Assembly: GCA_017625275.1 (NCBI GenBank)
Contig: JAGALI010000241.1
Span: forward strand, 1 to 27,446
Reading direction: 5' to 3'
Origin: Clostridia bacterium
GTDB taxonomy: Bacteria > Bacillota > Clostridia > Oscillospirales > CAG-272
DNA length: 27,446 nucleotides
The notes under the pieces are model-generated. The model did no database searches, had not been told where the DNA came from, and was given only the letters and a program-made list of their open reading frames with translations. Made by a program: the position numbers and the translations under genes. This document shows positions 1 through 7,748 of the stretch, in pieces. Each line of letters begins with the position of its first letter. The stretch's first letter is position 1.

Positions 1-1587
1 GAAGTCAATAAGCATTGTAAGGTTTGTCTTGTGCAAGTCGAGTGACAAGCAAACAACTCTTACATTATTTTCTCTGCCTGCAAGCATTACGGTTTTTGTT
101 TGACCACTGCCGTGGCAGTTAAAGACTGACTCGTATGTACCTGATGTATCCTTAATTGGCCAGAATTTACCTACATAAATCTTTCTTGAGCCATTTTCAC
201 CACCTATGTTTTTGGTGAGTGTCTTGTAGGCCTCTGTATCGTTCTCTACCTCGGCAATGAACTGATACGGCTTTCCCTCTGGTGCCTCAATTGGCTCAAC
301 TCCAGAAAGCTGAATAGATGTGCCTACAGGATCAGATGGTGGATTTACAAACCATACTGCTCCATCGTCTGGTAAAACAGCTGGCATAACTCCCTCAAAG
401 ATATAAAGGTCATAGCCCTCTATCGCGCCACCATTATTTACCTGACTTAGCTCCTTTTTAATGTCTGTTTTGTTACTTAACGAATGTCCAAGAACACGAA
501 GAACTGCTACAAGGAAGGTGGTTGCATTTACATCTGCAACGGACGATCCGTCCTCTGCCTTCATCATAACTGCGTCCTTACTAACAACAAGAATCTTTAC
601 TCTGTTTTCTGCTGCACAGTAAATTGTTCTTGAGTTGTCTGTGTCAAGTCCGTCGTTTTCAGCGATAATTTCAACTCTTACGCTTTCATATGTCGAGAGC
701 TTGTCAATTTGGAAGAAAAGGTTTCCTTCAATAACATTAGCCTCGTTATTAGTAAAGGTAATTACATTCTTTGAATCAGCTGGGAGTGTGTAGTTGGCCC
801 TTCTGTGCTCGGTGGAATTATTAACACCGTCAATTTCCGTATCCATATAGAATACTACAGTAATCTCCTGCTCCTCTTGGCTGAAGTTATTTACAACAGC
901 GTTAAAGAGGAATCTTCCACCCATGAGAGAATCTGTAAGGCTAGTAATGCCTATGTTTATATCCTCATCGGTTGAGAAGTCCACCACCTCTATACCATAC
1001 TGGTCCATATAGGTTTTATCTGTGTAGAAATAAACCTTTGCCTCTGGATTTATGTTTTGAACATTATTTACTAGCTGAAGTGCACCATCTATATCTGGTG
1101 TTCCATCAGTGCATTCGATTTCATTGAGCTTGTTCAAAACCTCTGCCTTACTAGAGCTTCTAACAGTCAAGGACTCTGCTTTAGTTCCGGCATTAATAAC
1201 TGTAAATTTATTATTTTCACCTGCAGAATTTGCTTCGCTTTCAAGCTTTTCAAGTGCAAGCTCATATCTTGTTTTTCCGTTATCGGTTACGGTCTTCATG
1301 CTCGCTGAGGAGTCGAGCACTATAATCGTATCCTTCGTTGCAAATGGGATAATTGTAGGCCTGGAAAGCGCCAAGCTTGCAAGTATGACCATTAACAATT
1401 GCAAAACAAGCAATAGTGAAAATGTAAAGTTTAGGGGCAAGCGTGTCTTAAGGTATTTAAGACTTCGTTGCCATATAAAGGTACTTGACACTGGCTTCTG
1501 TGTATACTTTGATTTAAGCAAATAAATAAGTATAATAATCGGAATGCCAAGTAGGCCAAGTAAACCCAAGCCTTGCAATAAACTCAT
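1..1587 (-). CDS. BatA-domain / von Willebrand factor A (vWA) membrane protein of the MoxR operon, 3'-truncated by the window edge (>=529 aa; absent from the ORF track)
   Basis: Manual translation from ATG at 1587 (ATGA overlap with the DUF58 stop): MSLLQGLGLLGLLGIPIIILIYLLKSKYTQKPVSSTFIWQRSLK...LLLVLQLLMVILASLALSRP, the double-TM BatA-type N-terminus, then IIVLDSSASM (vWA MIDAS DxSxS). No stop codon was seen in the stretches translated; the frame is open at base 1 (...RVVCLSLDLHKTNLTMLIDF). Confidence 0.88.
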   Translation of the reverse strand, partial: MSLLQGLGLLGLLGIPIIILIYLLKSKYTQKPVSSTFIWQRSLKYLKTRLPLNFTFSLLLVLQLLMVILASLALSRPTIIPFATKDTIIVLDSSASMKTVTDNGKTRYELALEKLESEANSAGENNKFTVINAGTKAESLTVRSSSKAEVLNKLNEIECTDGTPDIDGALQLVNNVQNINPEAKVYFYTDKTYMDQYGIEVVDFSTDEDINIGITSLTDSLMGGRFLFNAVVNNFSQEEQEITVVFYMDTEIDGVNNSTEHRRANYTLPADSKNVITFTNNEANVIEGNLFFQIDKLSTYESVRVEIIAENDGLDTDNSRTIYCAAENRVKILVVSKDAVMMKAEDGSSVADVNATTFLVAVLRVLGHSLSNKTDIKKELSQVNNGGAIEGYDLYIFEGVMPAVLPDDGAVWFVNPPSDPVGTSIQLSGVEPIEAPEGKPYQFIAEVENDTEAYKTLTKNIGGENGSRKIYVGKFWPIKDTSGTYESVFNCHGSGQTKTVMLAGRENNVRVVCLSLDLHKTNLTMLIDF

Positions 1588-2483
1588 TTTATTATTTCCG
1601 CCTCATATCCCTTTCCAAAAATAACCTTTTCTATTGGATCATCTGATGATACTGTAAAGAAGGTAGCCTCTCTTGCGGCGCAATAGTCAATAAGCTCCTT
1701 TTCGTAATCATCAAATGCCTTTTGGTAGGCCTCAACCATTTTTCTTGTAATACGCATTCTCATGTTCTTTGAGTCCTCTAGCGATATCGACTCAGCATCA
1801 ATCATATGAACGCGTCCGTCAAAGTTCGGATACAATTCGTCAGGTGAAAGAATCTGAATACAAAGGATTTCTCTACGCTTAAAGGTCAAGAAATCTATTG
1901 CCTTCTTCCAGTCACTCTCTGTCAAAAAGTCCGAAATAATTATTGTTACACCGTCATCATATCCTGGTGATGGAATTCCAACTATTGATGCCTCAAGGTC
2001 TGTTTCACCCTCAAAGTCTGTGTTCTCGAGCACTTGAGCTGCACGATAGAAGGAATCCTTATTATATACAGTGAAGCCGATGTCCTCCGCCTTGTTGCCC
2101 TTTAGGAGCTTGTAGGAGACACGGTCCATTGCACAAACCGATAGATATCCAAATGCCGCCGCTATACGAAGGGCTTGCTCTGCCTTTTCAGGCTCACCAC
2201 ATGCCATCGACGCTGAGCAGTCAATCAAAATGTGATTGTGCATCTGTCTTTCATCCGTGAAAAGTCTTATAAAGTACTTTTCAAAACGGGCATATACGTT
2301 CCAGTCGATACGTCTAATATCGTCGCCTGGAAAGTATTCACGGAAGTCGGCAAATTCTACCGTACTACCATAGGAGCGCGCCTTACGGCCACCACCAAAG
2401 TAACCCGTCATTGGATTCTTAAGCAATAAAGAGGCAGCATCAAGACGGTCAAGAAACGCACCGTCTAATATTCTTCTTTTCAT
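1584..2483 (-). CDS. DUF58 domain protein (vWA-like partner of MoxR ATPases)
   Basis: Signature GSTVEFADFREYFPGDDIRRIDWNVYAR and MIDAS-like LIDCSASM; directly downstream of moxR; RBS AGGCGG. Confidence 0.95.
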   Translation of the reverse strand: MKRRILDGAFLDRLDAASLLLKNPMTGYFGGGRKARSYGSTVEFADFREYFPGDDIRRIDWNVYARFEKYFIRLFTDERQMHNHILIDCSASMACGEPEKAEQALRIAAAFGYLSVCAMDRVSYKLLKGNKAEDIGFTVYNKDSFYRAAQVLENTDFEGETDLEASIVGIPSPGYDDGVTIIISDFLTESDWKKAIDFLTFKRREILCIQILSPDELYPNFDGRVHMIDAESISLEDSKNMRMRITRKMVEAYQKAFDDYEKELIDYCAAREATFFTVSSDDPIEKVIFGKGYEAEIIK

Positions 2484-2501
2484 TTTTACCGCCTATTTAA
2501 A

Positions 2502-4226
2502 TTACTTTTTCTTTTTTCCGGCACTTTTTTCTACTGTTGCAGTAGAAACGTTGTTAAGGTCTGCAATAAGACTTCTTACTACATCGTCTGGTGACATCTT
2601 TGAGGTAACAGCCTCAAAGCCGAGCTTGAGTCTGTGACGAAGAACTGGAACTGCAAGTGAGTTGATGTCATCATAGGATACATTATATCTGCCGTTGATA
2701 AGAGCTCTTACCTGTGCTGCAGTAATAATAGCCTGCGCAGCACGAGGAGATGCTCCTGCACGGATATATCTCTTTGTTGTTTCTGGTGCAACTGCACTGT
2801 CTGGGTGTGTTGCTGCGATAAGAACCATCGCATAGTGGAGAACCTCGCTTGATACAGGGATTGTCTTAGCTACGGCTCTCATTCGGAGAAGCTCCTCACC
2901 ATTACAAGCTGCTTGCGCAGTTTCTTCCATGGTCTTATGTGTCATATTAACGATTTGTCCAAGCTCCTCAGCTGATGGGTTTGGAACGATAATCTTAAAC
3001 ATGAAACGGTCCATCTGAGCCTCTGGAAGTGGGTATGTACCATCCTGCTCAATTGGGTTCTGTGTAGCAAGCACGAAGAATGGCTCATCCATCTTTCTTG
3101 TTACACCCATTACTGTAACCTTGTGCTCCTGCATGGCCTCAAGCAAAGCTGCCTGTGTCTTTGGGGTAGCACGGTTAATTTCGTCGGCGAGTACTATGTT
3201 AGAGAAGATAGGACCCTTTTGGAACTCGAATTTTTGGTTTCCGTTTTCGTCCTTTGTAATAACGTTGGTACCTGTAACGTCGGCAGGCATCAAGTCAGGT
3301 GTAAACTGAATACGTGAGAATGGAAGGTCAAATACCTTACCAAGAGATCTTACAAGACGGGTTTTACCAAGTCCAGGAGCACCCTCGAGAAGTACGTTAC
3401 CACCGGCGATGATAGCTGCGATTGTAGATTCAACAACCTCTCTTTGACCGATCATATCCTTACGAACCTCTTCGAAGATTCTCTTACATTTTTCAGCGAA
3501 GAGCTTAAGCTCTGCCTCTGCAAGCTTATCTGTCTTGATTTCCTCTGCTGTGCGTGGTGGCTCAGCCTGTTTTGGTGCTTCAGCCTTCTTTGGCTCTTCC
3601 TTTACAGGTGCTGGCTGTTGTGCTGGTGCTGCCTTTGGAGCCTCTTGTGCTGGAGCCGCTTCCTTCTTTGGTTCCTCAGCCTTTGGAGCTTCCTCGGCTT
3701 TATCGTCATTCTTTCCAGCCTTTTCAGCCTTAGCCGCTGCCTTAGCCTCTTCCTTAGCTCTTGCAGCCTCTTCCTTAGCCTTTGCTGCTGCTTCCTTAGC
3801 CTTTAGCTTTTCAGCCTCTGCTGCCAATTTAGCCTCTTCCTTAGCCTTAGCTGCATCTGCCTTAGCCTTTGCAGCCTCCTCCTTAGCCTTTGCCTTTTCA
3901 GCATCTGCTGCAGCTCTAGCCTTGTCGGCCTCTTCCTTAGCCTTTGCCTTTTCAGCGTCAGCTGCAGCCTTAGCGTCTGCCTTAGCCTTATCAGCCTCTT
4001 CCTTAGCCTTCTTGTCTGCTTCAGCCTTTGCTGCCTTTTCAGCGTCGGCTGCCATCTTTGCCTTTTCCTTTTCGCTTAGCTCCACAACAGGTGCCTCCTT
4101 CTTTTTATCTCTACCAACTGTTGATATTGAAATACCACCAGACTGCTTATTAGCAGCAGAAGCATCTGCCGATGCTTTGCCGGCAGATGCTCCATTATTA
4201 ACGTTTTTATTTTCCATGTTTTCCAT
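2502..4226 (-). CDS. moxR: MoxR-family AAA+ ATPase with a long Ala/Lys/Glu-rich N-terminal extension
   Basis: Walker A GAPGLGKT, RIQFTPDLMPAD, Walker B VLADEINRATPKTQ, FFVLATQNPIEQDGTYPLPEAQMDRF, GASPRA, VLRHR. The ATPase core starts at about residue 240; residues ~1-235 are low complexity. Confidence 0.95.
   Translation of the reverse strand: MENMENKNVNNGASAGKASADASAANKQSGGISISTVGRDKKKEAPVVELSEKEKAKMAADAEKAAKAEADKKAKEEADKAKADAKAAADAEKAKAKEEADKARAAADAEKAKAKEEAAKAKADAAKAKEEAKLAAEAEKLKAKEAAAKAKEEAARAKEEAKAAAKAEKAGKNDDKAEEAPKAEEPKKEAAPAQEAPKAAPAQQPAPVKEEPKKAEAPKQAEPPRTAEEIKTDKLAEAELKLFAEKCKRIFEEVRKDMIGQREVVESTIAAIIAGGNVLLEGAPGLGKTRLVRSLGKVFDLPFSRIQFTPDLMPADVTGTNVITKDENGNQKFEFQKGPIFSNIVLADEINRATPKTQAALLEAMQEHKVTVMGVTRKMDEPFFVLATQNPIEQDGTYPLPEAQMDRFMFKIIVPNPSAEELGQIVNMTHKTMEETAQAACNGEELLRMRAVAKTIPVSSEVLHYAMVLIAATHPDSAVAPETTKRYIRAGASPRAAQAIITAAQVRALINGRYNVSYDDINSLAVPVLRHRLKLGFEAVTSKMSPDDVVRSLIADLNNVSTATVEKSAGKKKK
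3770..4060 (-). repeat. Degenerate in-frame coding tandem repeat (about 54 bp / 18 aa period) in the MoxR N-terminal arm
   Basis: Plus-strand CCTTAGCCTTTGCCTTTTCAGC recurs at ~3881 and ~3935 (54 bp apart); protein reads AAADAEKAKAKEEADKAR AAADAEKAKAKEEAAKAK. Confidence 0.8.
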
Positions 4227-4267
4227 AATCTCTAAATTCTCCCTAAATATTAATTATGCGATTTTAT

Positions 4268-7138
4268 TTATTTTTGAGTTGCTGTGCCCCAGCCCTGAAC
4301 CTGTTGCATCCATGAGTTGTTCCACTCTTGCTCTTCAGCAGAAAGGTTTTCGTCGCCCTTAGATGCGTCAATCTGGTTGTTAACGTGTGAGCCGTTTGTA
4401 CCGTTCAAGTATTCCTCAACAGTAACATCTCCAAGGTTTGGATGCCAAACAGTTCCATTTACAATGCTTGAGCCTGTACCATCACTGACAACGCCCTCTT
4501 CCTCTTCCTCCTCAGGAATTTCAGGTGGCTTCTCTTCCTCGCCCTTACCAGTTTGCTCTGACTTTTGATCAGACTCCTGCTCCTGCTCAGACTCAGACTC
4601 GGACTCCTGCTCACTCTTTTCATTGTTTATCTTGTCCTGAGTTTGCTGCATTTGGTCCTTCATCTGCTCAGCTGTTTGGTTTTGCTCAATGTTTGATTGC
4701 ATATCCTTGTTTAGCTCATCAAGAACCTCGTCAGCTGCTTCCTTTTTCTCCTCGTCAGTCATGTTTTCATCCTTGGCGATTTGATCCATTTTATCAGCTG
4801 CGTCTTCAAGTGGCTTCTTGAAATCGTTGTTCTCAGGAAGCTTATCGGCTGCATCCTGCATATCCTTTGAGATATCCTCAAGCTTTTGGTCGAGGTCATC
4901 GCCCTCAAGGTTCTCATAAGAATCCTTTACATTTTCGAAAGCATCATCAAGGTCTTCCTTAGCATCCTCGTATTCCTTGTCGGTTTCTGCCTTTTCAGCC
5001 TTGTCAAGCGCATCGCTTACCTCTTCCATGGTTTCGTTGTCCTTCATGGCGTCGCTAGACTCGCTCTGCTGCTTATCGTTCTCCTGCTCTATCTTGTCAA
5101 GCTCCTGCTTAGCATCAGATATAGCCTGATTTATCTTATCCTTAGCCTCCTGATCGATTTCCTCGTCAGTCTTTTCGTTGGTAGGATCATTCTTTTGGTT
5201 TTGCTTATCCTGCTCGATTTGATCAAATTCCTTCTCAAGCTCATCTATAACATCGTTAGCCTCTTGCTTAGCGTCCTCAGTAAGATTCTCGTTGTTATTA
5301 ACTTGATCTCTCATGTCATCGATAAGGTCGTCAGTATGCTTTTTATCACCAGCGAGGTTTTCCTCCATCTGGTCAAATTTTTGCTCAAGGTTTTCACCAG
5401 CCTGCTCAAGGTTTTCTATGTTCTCCATTGAATCCTGAACATTTTGCTCAAAGTTGTTGAAGGCGTCGTTGATTTCCTTATCCATCTTTTCGCCCTCTTC
5501 CATCTTATCATGGATGTCCTGAAGGTCGTTCTTCAAGTCCTCCATAGCACCCTCAAGCTCAGAGCTATCTTGATTCTCTTGATTTTCATTCTTATTAAGA
5601 ATATCCTCAAGAGCATTCTTATAATCCTCAACCTTGTCTTGCTTTTGTTGCTCATTATCAGAATTGAGAATGTCGTTCTTCATATCATCAATGATGTCGC
5701 TAACCTCTTGCTTAGCATCGTCAACCTTTTGTTGAGCGTCCTGCTTTTCCTGCTCGGTCTTAGCATTGTTAAGGTCATCCATTGCTTGGTCGAACTTATC
5801 CATAGCATCCTTAAGGTCCTCAAATTGCTCCTGCTTATCAAGAACATCGTTTAGGTCCTTATTAGCTTGGTCAACGCTCTCTTGAACATTTTCCTTAAGC
5901 TCAGCATCGGTTGAAGAATCCTCAAGGTCATTTTCAAGGTTTTCCTTAAGGTCCTCAAACGCATCCTTCATTGAGGTGTCAGGCATGTTTTCGATAGCCT
6001 GCTCAAGATCCTCTACAAGATCCTCAAGCTCGCTTCTATCCATTTCTGGAATCTTATCAAGAGCATCCTTAAGCTCTTCCTTAGCCTGCTCCTTTTCCTC
6101 CTCGGTTTCTGCCTTCTCTATCTTTTCAAGAGCATCAGCGATATCCTCGAGAGTTTCGTTTTCGGTATCCTTAAGAGCATCCTGCTCATCCTTGTTGTTT
6201 TGCTCCATATCCTGCTTGGTCTGCTCAAACAATTCGATTTGCTTCTTTATAAGCTCCTCAATTTCCTTTCTTGTTTGACGAACATCCTCGTATTTGTCAA
6301 CATCGGACTCGGTTACATCAAGTCTGGACTCAAGTGCATCTACGAGCTCGTGAAGCATTGTCTTGAAGCTATCTCCAACATCTGCCTCATCAATCATTGC
6401 ACGGATTTCATAGATTTGAACCTGAAGGTCAATCGAAACAAGGATTCTGTCCTTCATCGCCTCAGCCAAGAAAAGCTTTTGAGCATTTGTCATCTCTTCG
6501 TTTTCCTTGAGCTCATCAATTCTATCGTCGATTTGCGCATGTCCTATTGCAAGGAAGTCTTCCTTAACCTTGTCTGAGTTGCCGTCAAGCAAATCATGAA
6601 GCTCCTCTCTGATTTCCTCAAGTCTTTCGTCTGTCTCAAGGTCCTCTCTCTCAACAGCAGAAAGTGGTGCTGGCAAGATTGTAAAGAGAAGAAGAATTAC
6701 AAGAAACATTGCTACACAAGAAATGATTCTTCTAATTGGTAATCTAAGCTTAAATTGCTTTACGTTGAGCTTGGAGATACGCTCCATTGTGTCCTCACGC
6801 TGTACCTTAGCAACAAAGGAACGGTCCTTTTTGTACTCTACCATTGTGATTACACGCTCATCAAGTCCAAGAGCGTCTATTCTCTTAGCAAGCTTATCCA
6901 CATTTGATTTAAAGCGCTTCTTGTAGGTTGAAACGCCGATTGCCACAGCTGTCACTACACCTAAGCCGATTGTTAAGAGAACAGGTATTAAGCTAACATC
7001 GTTTAGGATATATCTGCAAACGAGAGCAGATACAAGTGAAACTGCAAGTCCAAAGAACAAGCCGGTCATTATCGCTTTAAGAAAAGCTTCAACCATAAGT
7101 CTTATTCTATAGGGCTTCATTGCCTCATTAAATTCCAT
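4268..7138 (-). CDS. 956-aa membrane-anchored, highly acidic helical-repeat protein; first gene of the MoxR operon; function unknown
   Basis: Three N-terminal hydrophobic segments with a basic loop (LAKRIDALGLDERVITMVE) between TM2 and TM3, then ~800 aa of D/E/K/Q-rich helical sequence with internal repeats; RBS AAGGAG and own promoter. Confidence 0.85.
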   Translation of the reverse strand: MEFNEAMKPYRIRLMVEAFLKAIMTGLFFGLAVSLVSALVCRYILNDVSLIPVLLTIGLGVVTAVAIGVSTYKKRFKSNVDKLAKRIDALGLDERVITMVEYKKDRSFVAKVQREDTMERISKLNVKQFKLRLPIRRIISCVAMFLVILLLFTILPAPLSAVEREDLETDERLEEIREELHDLLDGNSDKVKEDFLAIGHAQIDDRIDELKENEEMTNAQKLFLAEAMKDRILVSIDLQVQIYEIRAMIDEADVGDSFKTMLHELVDALESRLDVTESDVDKYEDVRQTRKEIEELIKKQIELFEQTKQDMEQNNKDEQDALKDTENETLEDIADALEKIEKAETEEEKEQAKEELKDALDKIPEMDRSELEDLVEDLEQAIENMPDTSMKDAFEDLKENLENDLEDSSTDAELKENVQESVDQANKDLNDVLDKQEQFEDLKDAMDKFDQAMDDLNNAKTEQEKQDAQQKVDDAKQEVSDIIDDMKNDILNSDNEQQKQDKVEDYKNALEDILNKNENQENQDSSELEGAMEDLKNDLQDIHDKMEEGEKMDKEINDAFNNFEQNVQDSMENIENLEQAGENLEQKFDQMEENLAGDKKHTDDLIDDMRDQVNNNENLTEDAKQEANDVIDELEKEFDQIEQDKQNQKNDPTNEKTDEEIDQEAKDKINQAISDAKQELDKIEQENDKQQSESSDAMKDNETMEEVSDALDKAEKAETDKEYEDAKEDLDDAFENVKDSYENLEGDDLDQKLEDISKDMQDAADKLPENNDFKKPLEDAADKMDQIAKDENMTDEEKKEAADEVLDELNKDMQSNIEQNQTAEQMKDQMQQTQDKINNEKSEQESESESEQEQESDQKSEQTGKGEEEKPPEIPEEEEEEGVVSDGTGSSIVNGTVWHPNLGDVTVEEYLNGTNGSHVNNQIDASKGDENLSAEEQEWNNSWMQQVQGWGTATQK

Positions 7139-7182
7139 TTTATACTCCTTTTCTAGTTAAATAATTATAATTATATATTAAT

Positions 7183-7211
7183 ATTATAGCACGCGACCAA
7201 TTTTTTTGCAA
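7183..7211 (-). promoter_or_regulatory. sigma70/sigmaA promoter of the MoxR operon
   Basis: Minus strand TTGCAA-17 bp-TATAAT with extended -10 TG, about 45 bp upstream of the 7138 start. Confidence 0.75.
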
Positions 7212-7310
7212 CCTTTAACAAGCTTTTGACCCGTGCCATTCGGATTTTTGGCATTTTCCACAAAAAACGAATTTCTTGTTTTTGAATATGGACTTGTTTT
7301 TTGTGGAAAT

Positions 7311-7490
7311 TGCCCAAAGTCTGGGGACGCTCCCAAACTTTTTAGAGCTAACCTTTCAGGCGTTTCCTCCTTTTTGTCATAGCCCCAAAAGCAGGGGGCC
7401 GAATTTAGAGATTAGGGAGATTTTGACGCCATTCTCTATAGGTGGCGCCAACGGTTAGGGGATGGGTATTTGCCCAGCTTCCCCTGCCCA
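7311..7490 (-). ncRNA. Candidate structured non-coding RNA or long leader (family not recognised)
   Basis: GC-rich island in an AT-rich intergenic region, starting just after a consensus promoter, with several nested complementary segments (see findings). No known family motif matched by eye. Confidence 0.35.
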
Positions 7491-7495
7491 TTGTC

Positions 7496-7524
7496 ATTAT
7501 ATGGTAAATTCCTTTGGTTTTCAA
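7496..7524 (-). promoter_or_regulatory. sigma70/sigmaA promoter with no credible ORF directly downstream
   Basis: Minus strand TTGAAA-17 bp-TATAAT; predicted start near 7489-7491. Confidence 0.6.
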
Positions 7525-7707
7525 TGGACTTCAATCCCTTTTCGGTGGCTTTTCACAGAATTTTCACATTTGGTTTATTTTCTTCACAAAAAGCACATTT
7601 AACATATAATTTTCTTGATTTTTTATATAATTTTTATGATTTATTCATTAAATTTTTCGCGCGCAAGCAATTGTAAACTTTTTATTAAATTTTTGCTTTT
7701 TAGCGCA

Positions 7708-7737
7708 AAAAAAGCAAGCCCGAAAGCTTGCTTTTTT
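7708..7737. terminator. Intrinsic terminator (bidirectional form) after the 1209-aa lipoprotein gene
   Basis: AAAAAAGCAAGC-CCGAAA-GCTTGCTTTTTT, 11 bp past the stop codon. Confidence 0.85.
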
Positions 7738-7748
7738 ATTTGGTTTTA

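Noticed and set aside
1109-1525. 138-aa plus-strand ORF in the track
   Set aside because: Antisense to the real BatA/vWA gene, which has clear motifs and translational coupling.
3444-4362. Plus-strand ORFs of 275 and 120 aa rich in Ala/Ser/Leu
   Set aside because: Antisense shadows of the low-complexity MoxR arm; composition is what the reverse complement of GCT/AAG/GAA codons gives.
4317-6926. Hydrophobic plus-strand ORFs that look like membrane proteins
   Set aside because: Reverse complements of Asp/Glu/Lys codons give Leu/Ile/Val/Phe; all lie opposite the 956-aa gene and lack evident RBSs.
7345-7365. CTTTCAGGC as a glycine riboswitch fragment
   Set aside because: The GGAGA and CCGAAG elements are missing, it is on the strand opposite the downstream operon, and no glycine genes follow.
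7276-7676. Small plus-strand ORFs (60 and 68 aa) in the large intergenic region
   Set aside because: TTG starts without a clear RBS, no recognisable motifs and no plus-strand promoter found.
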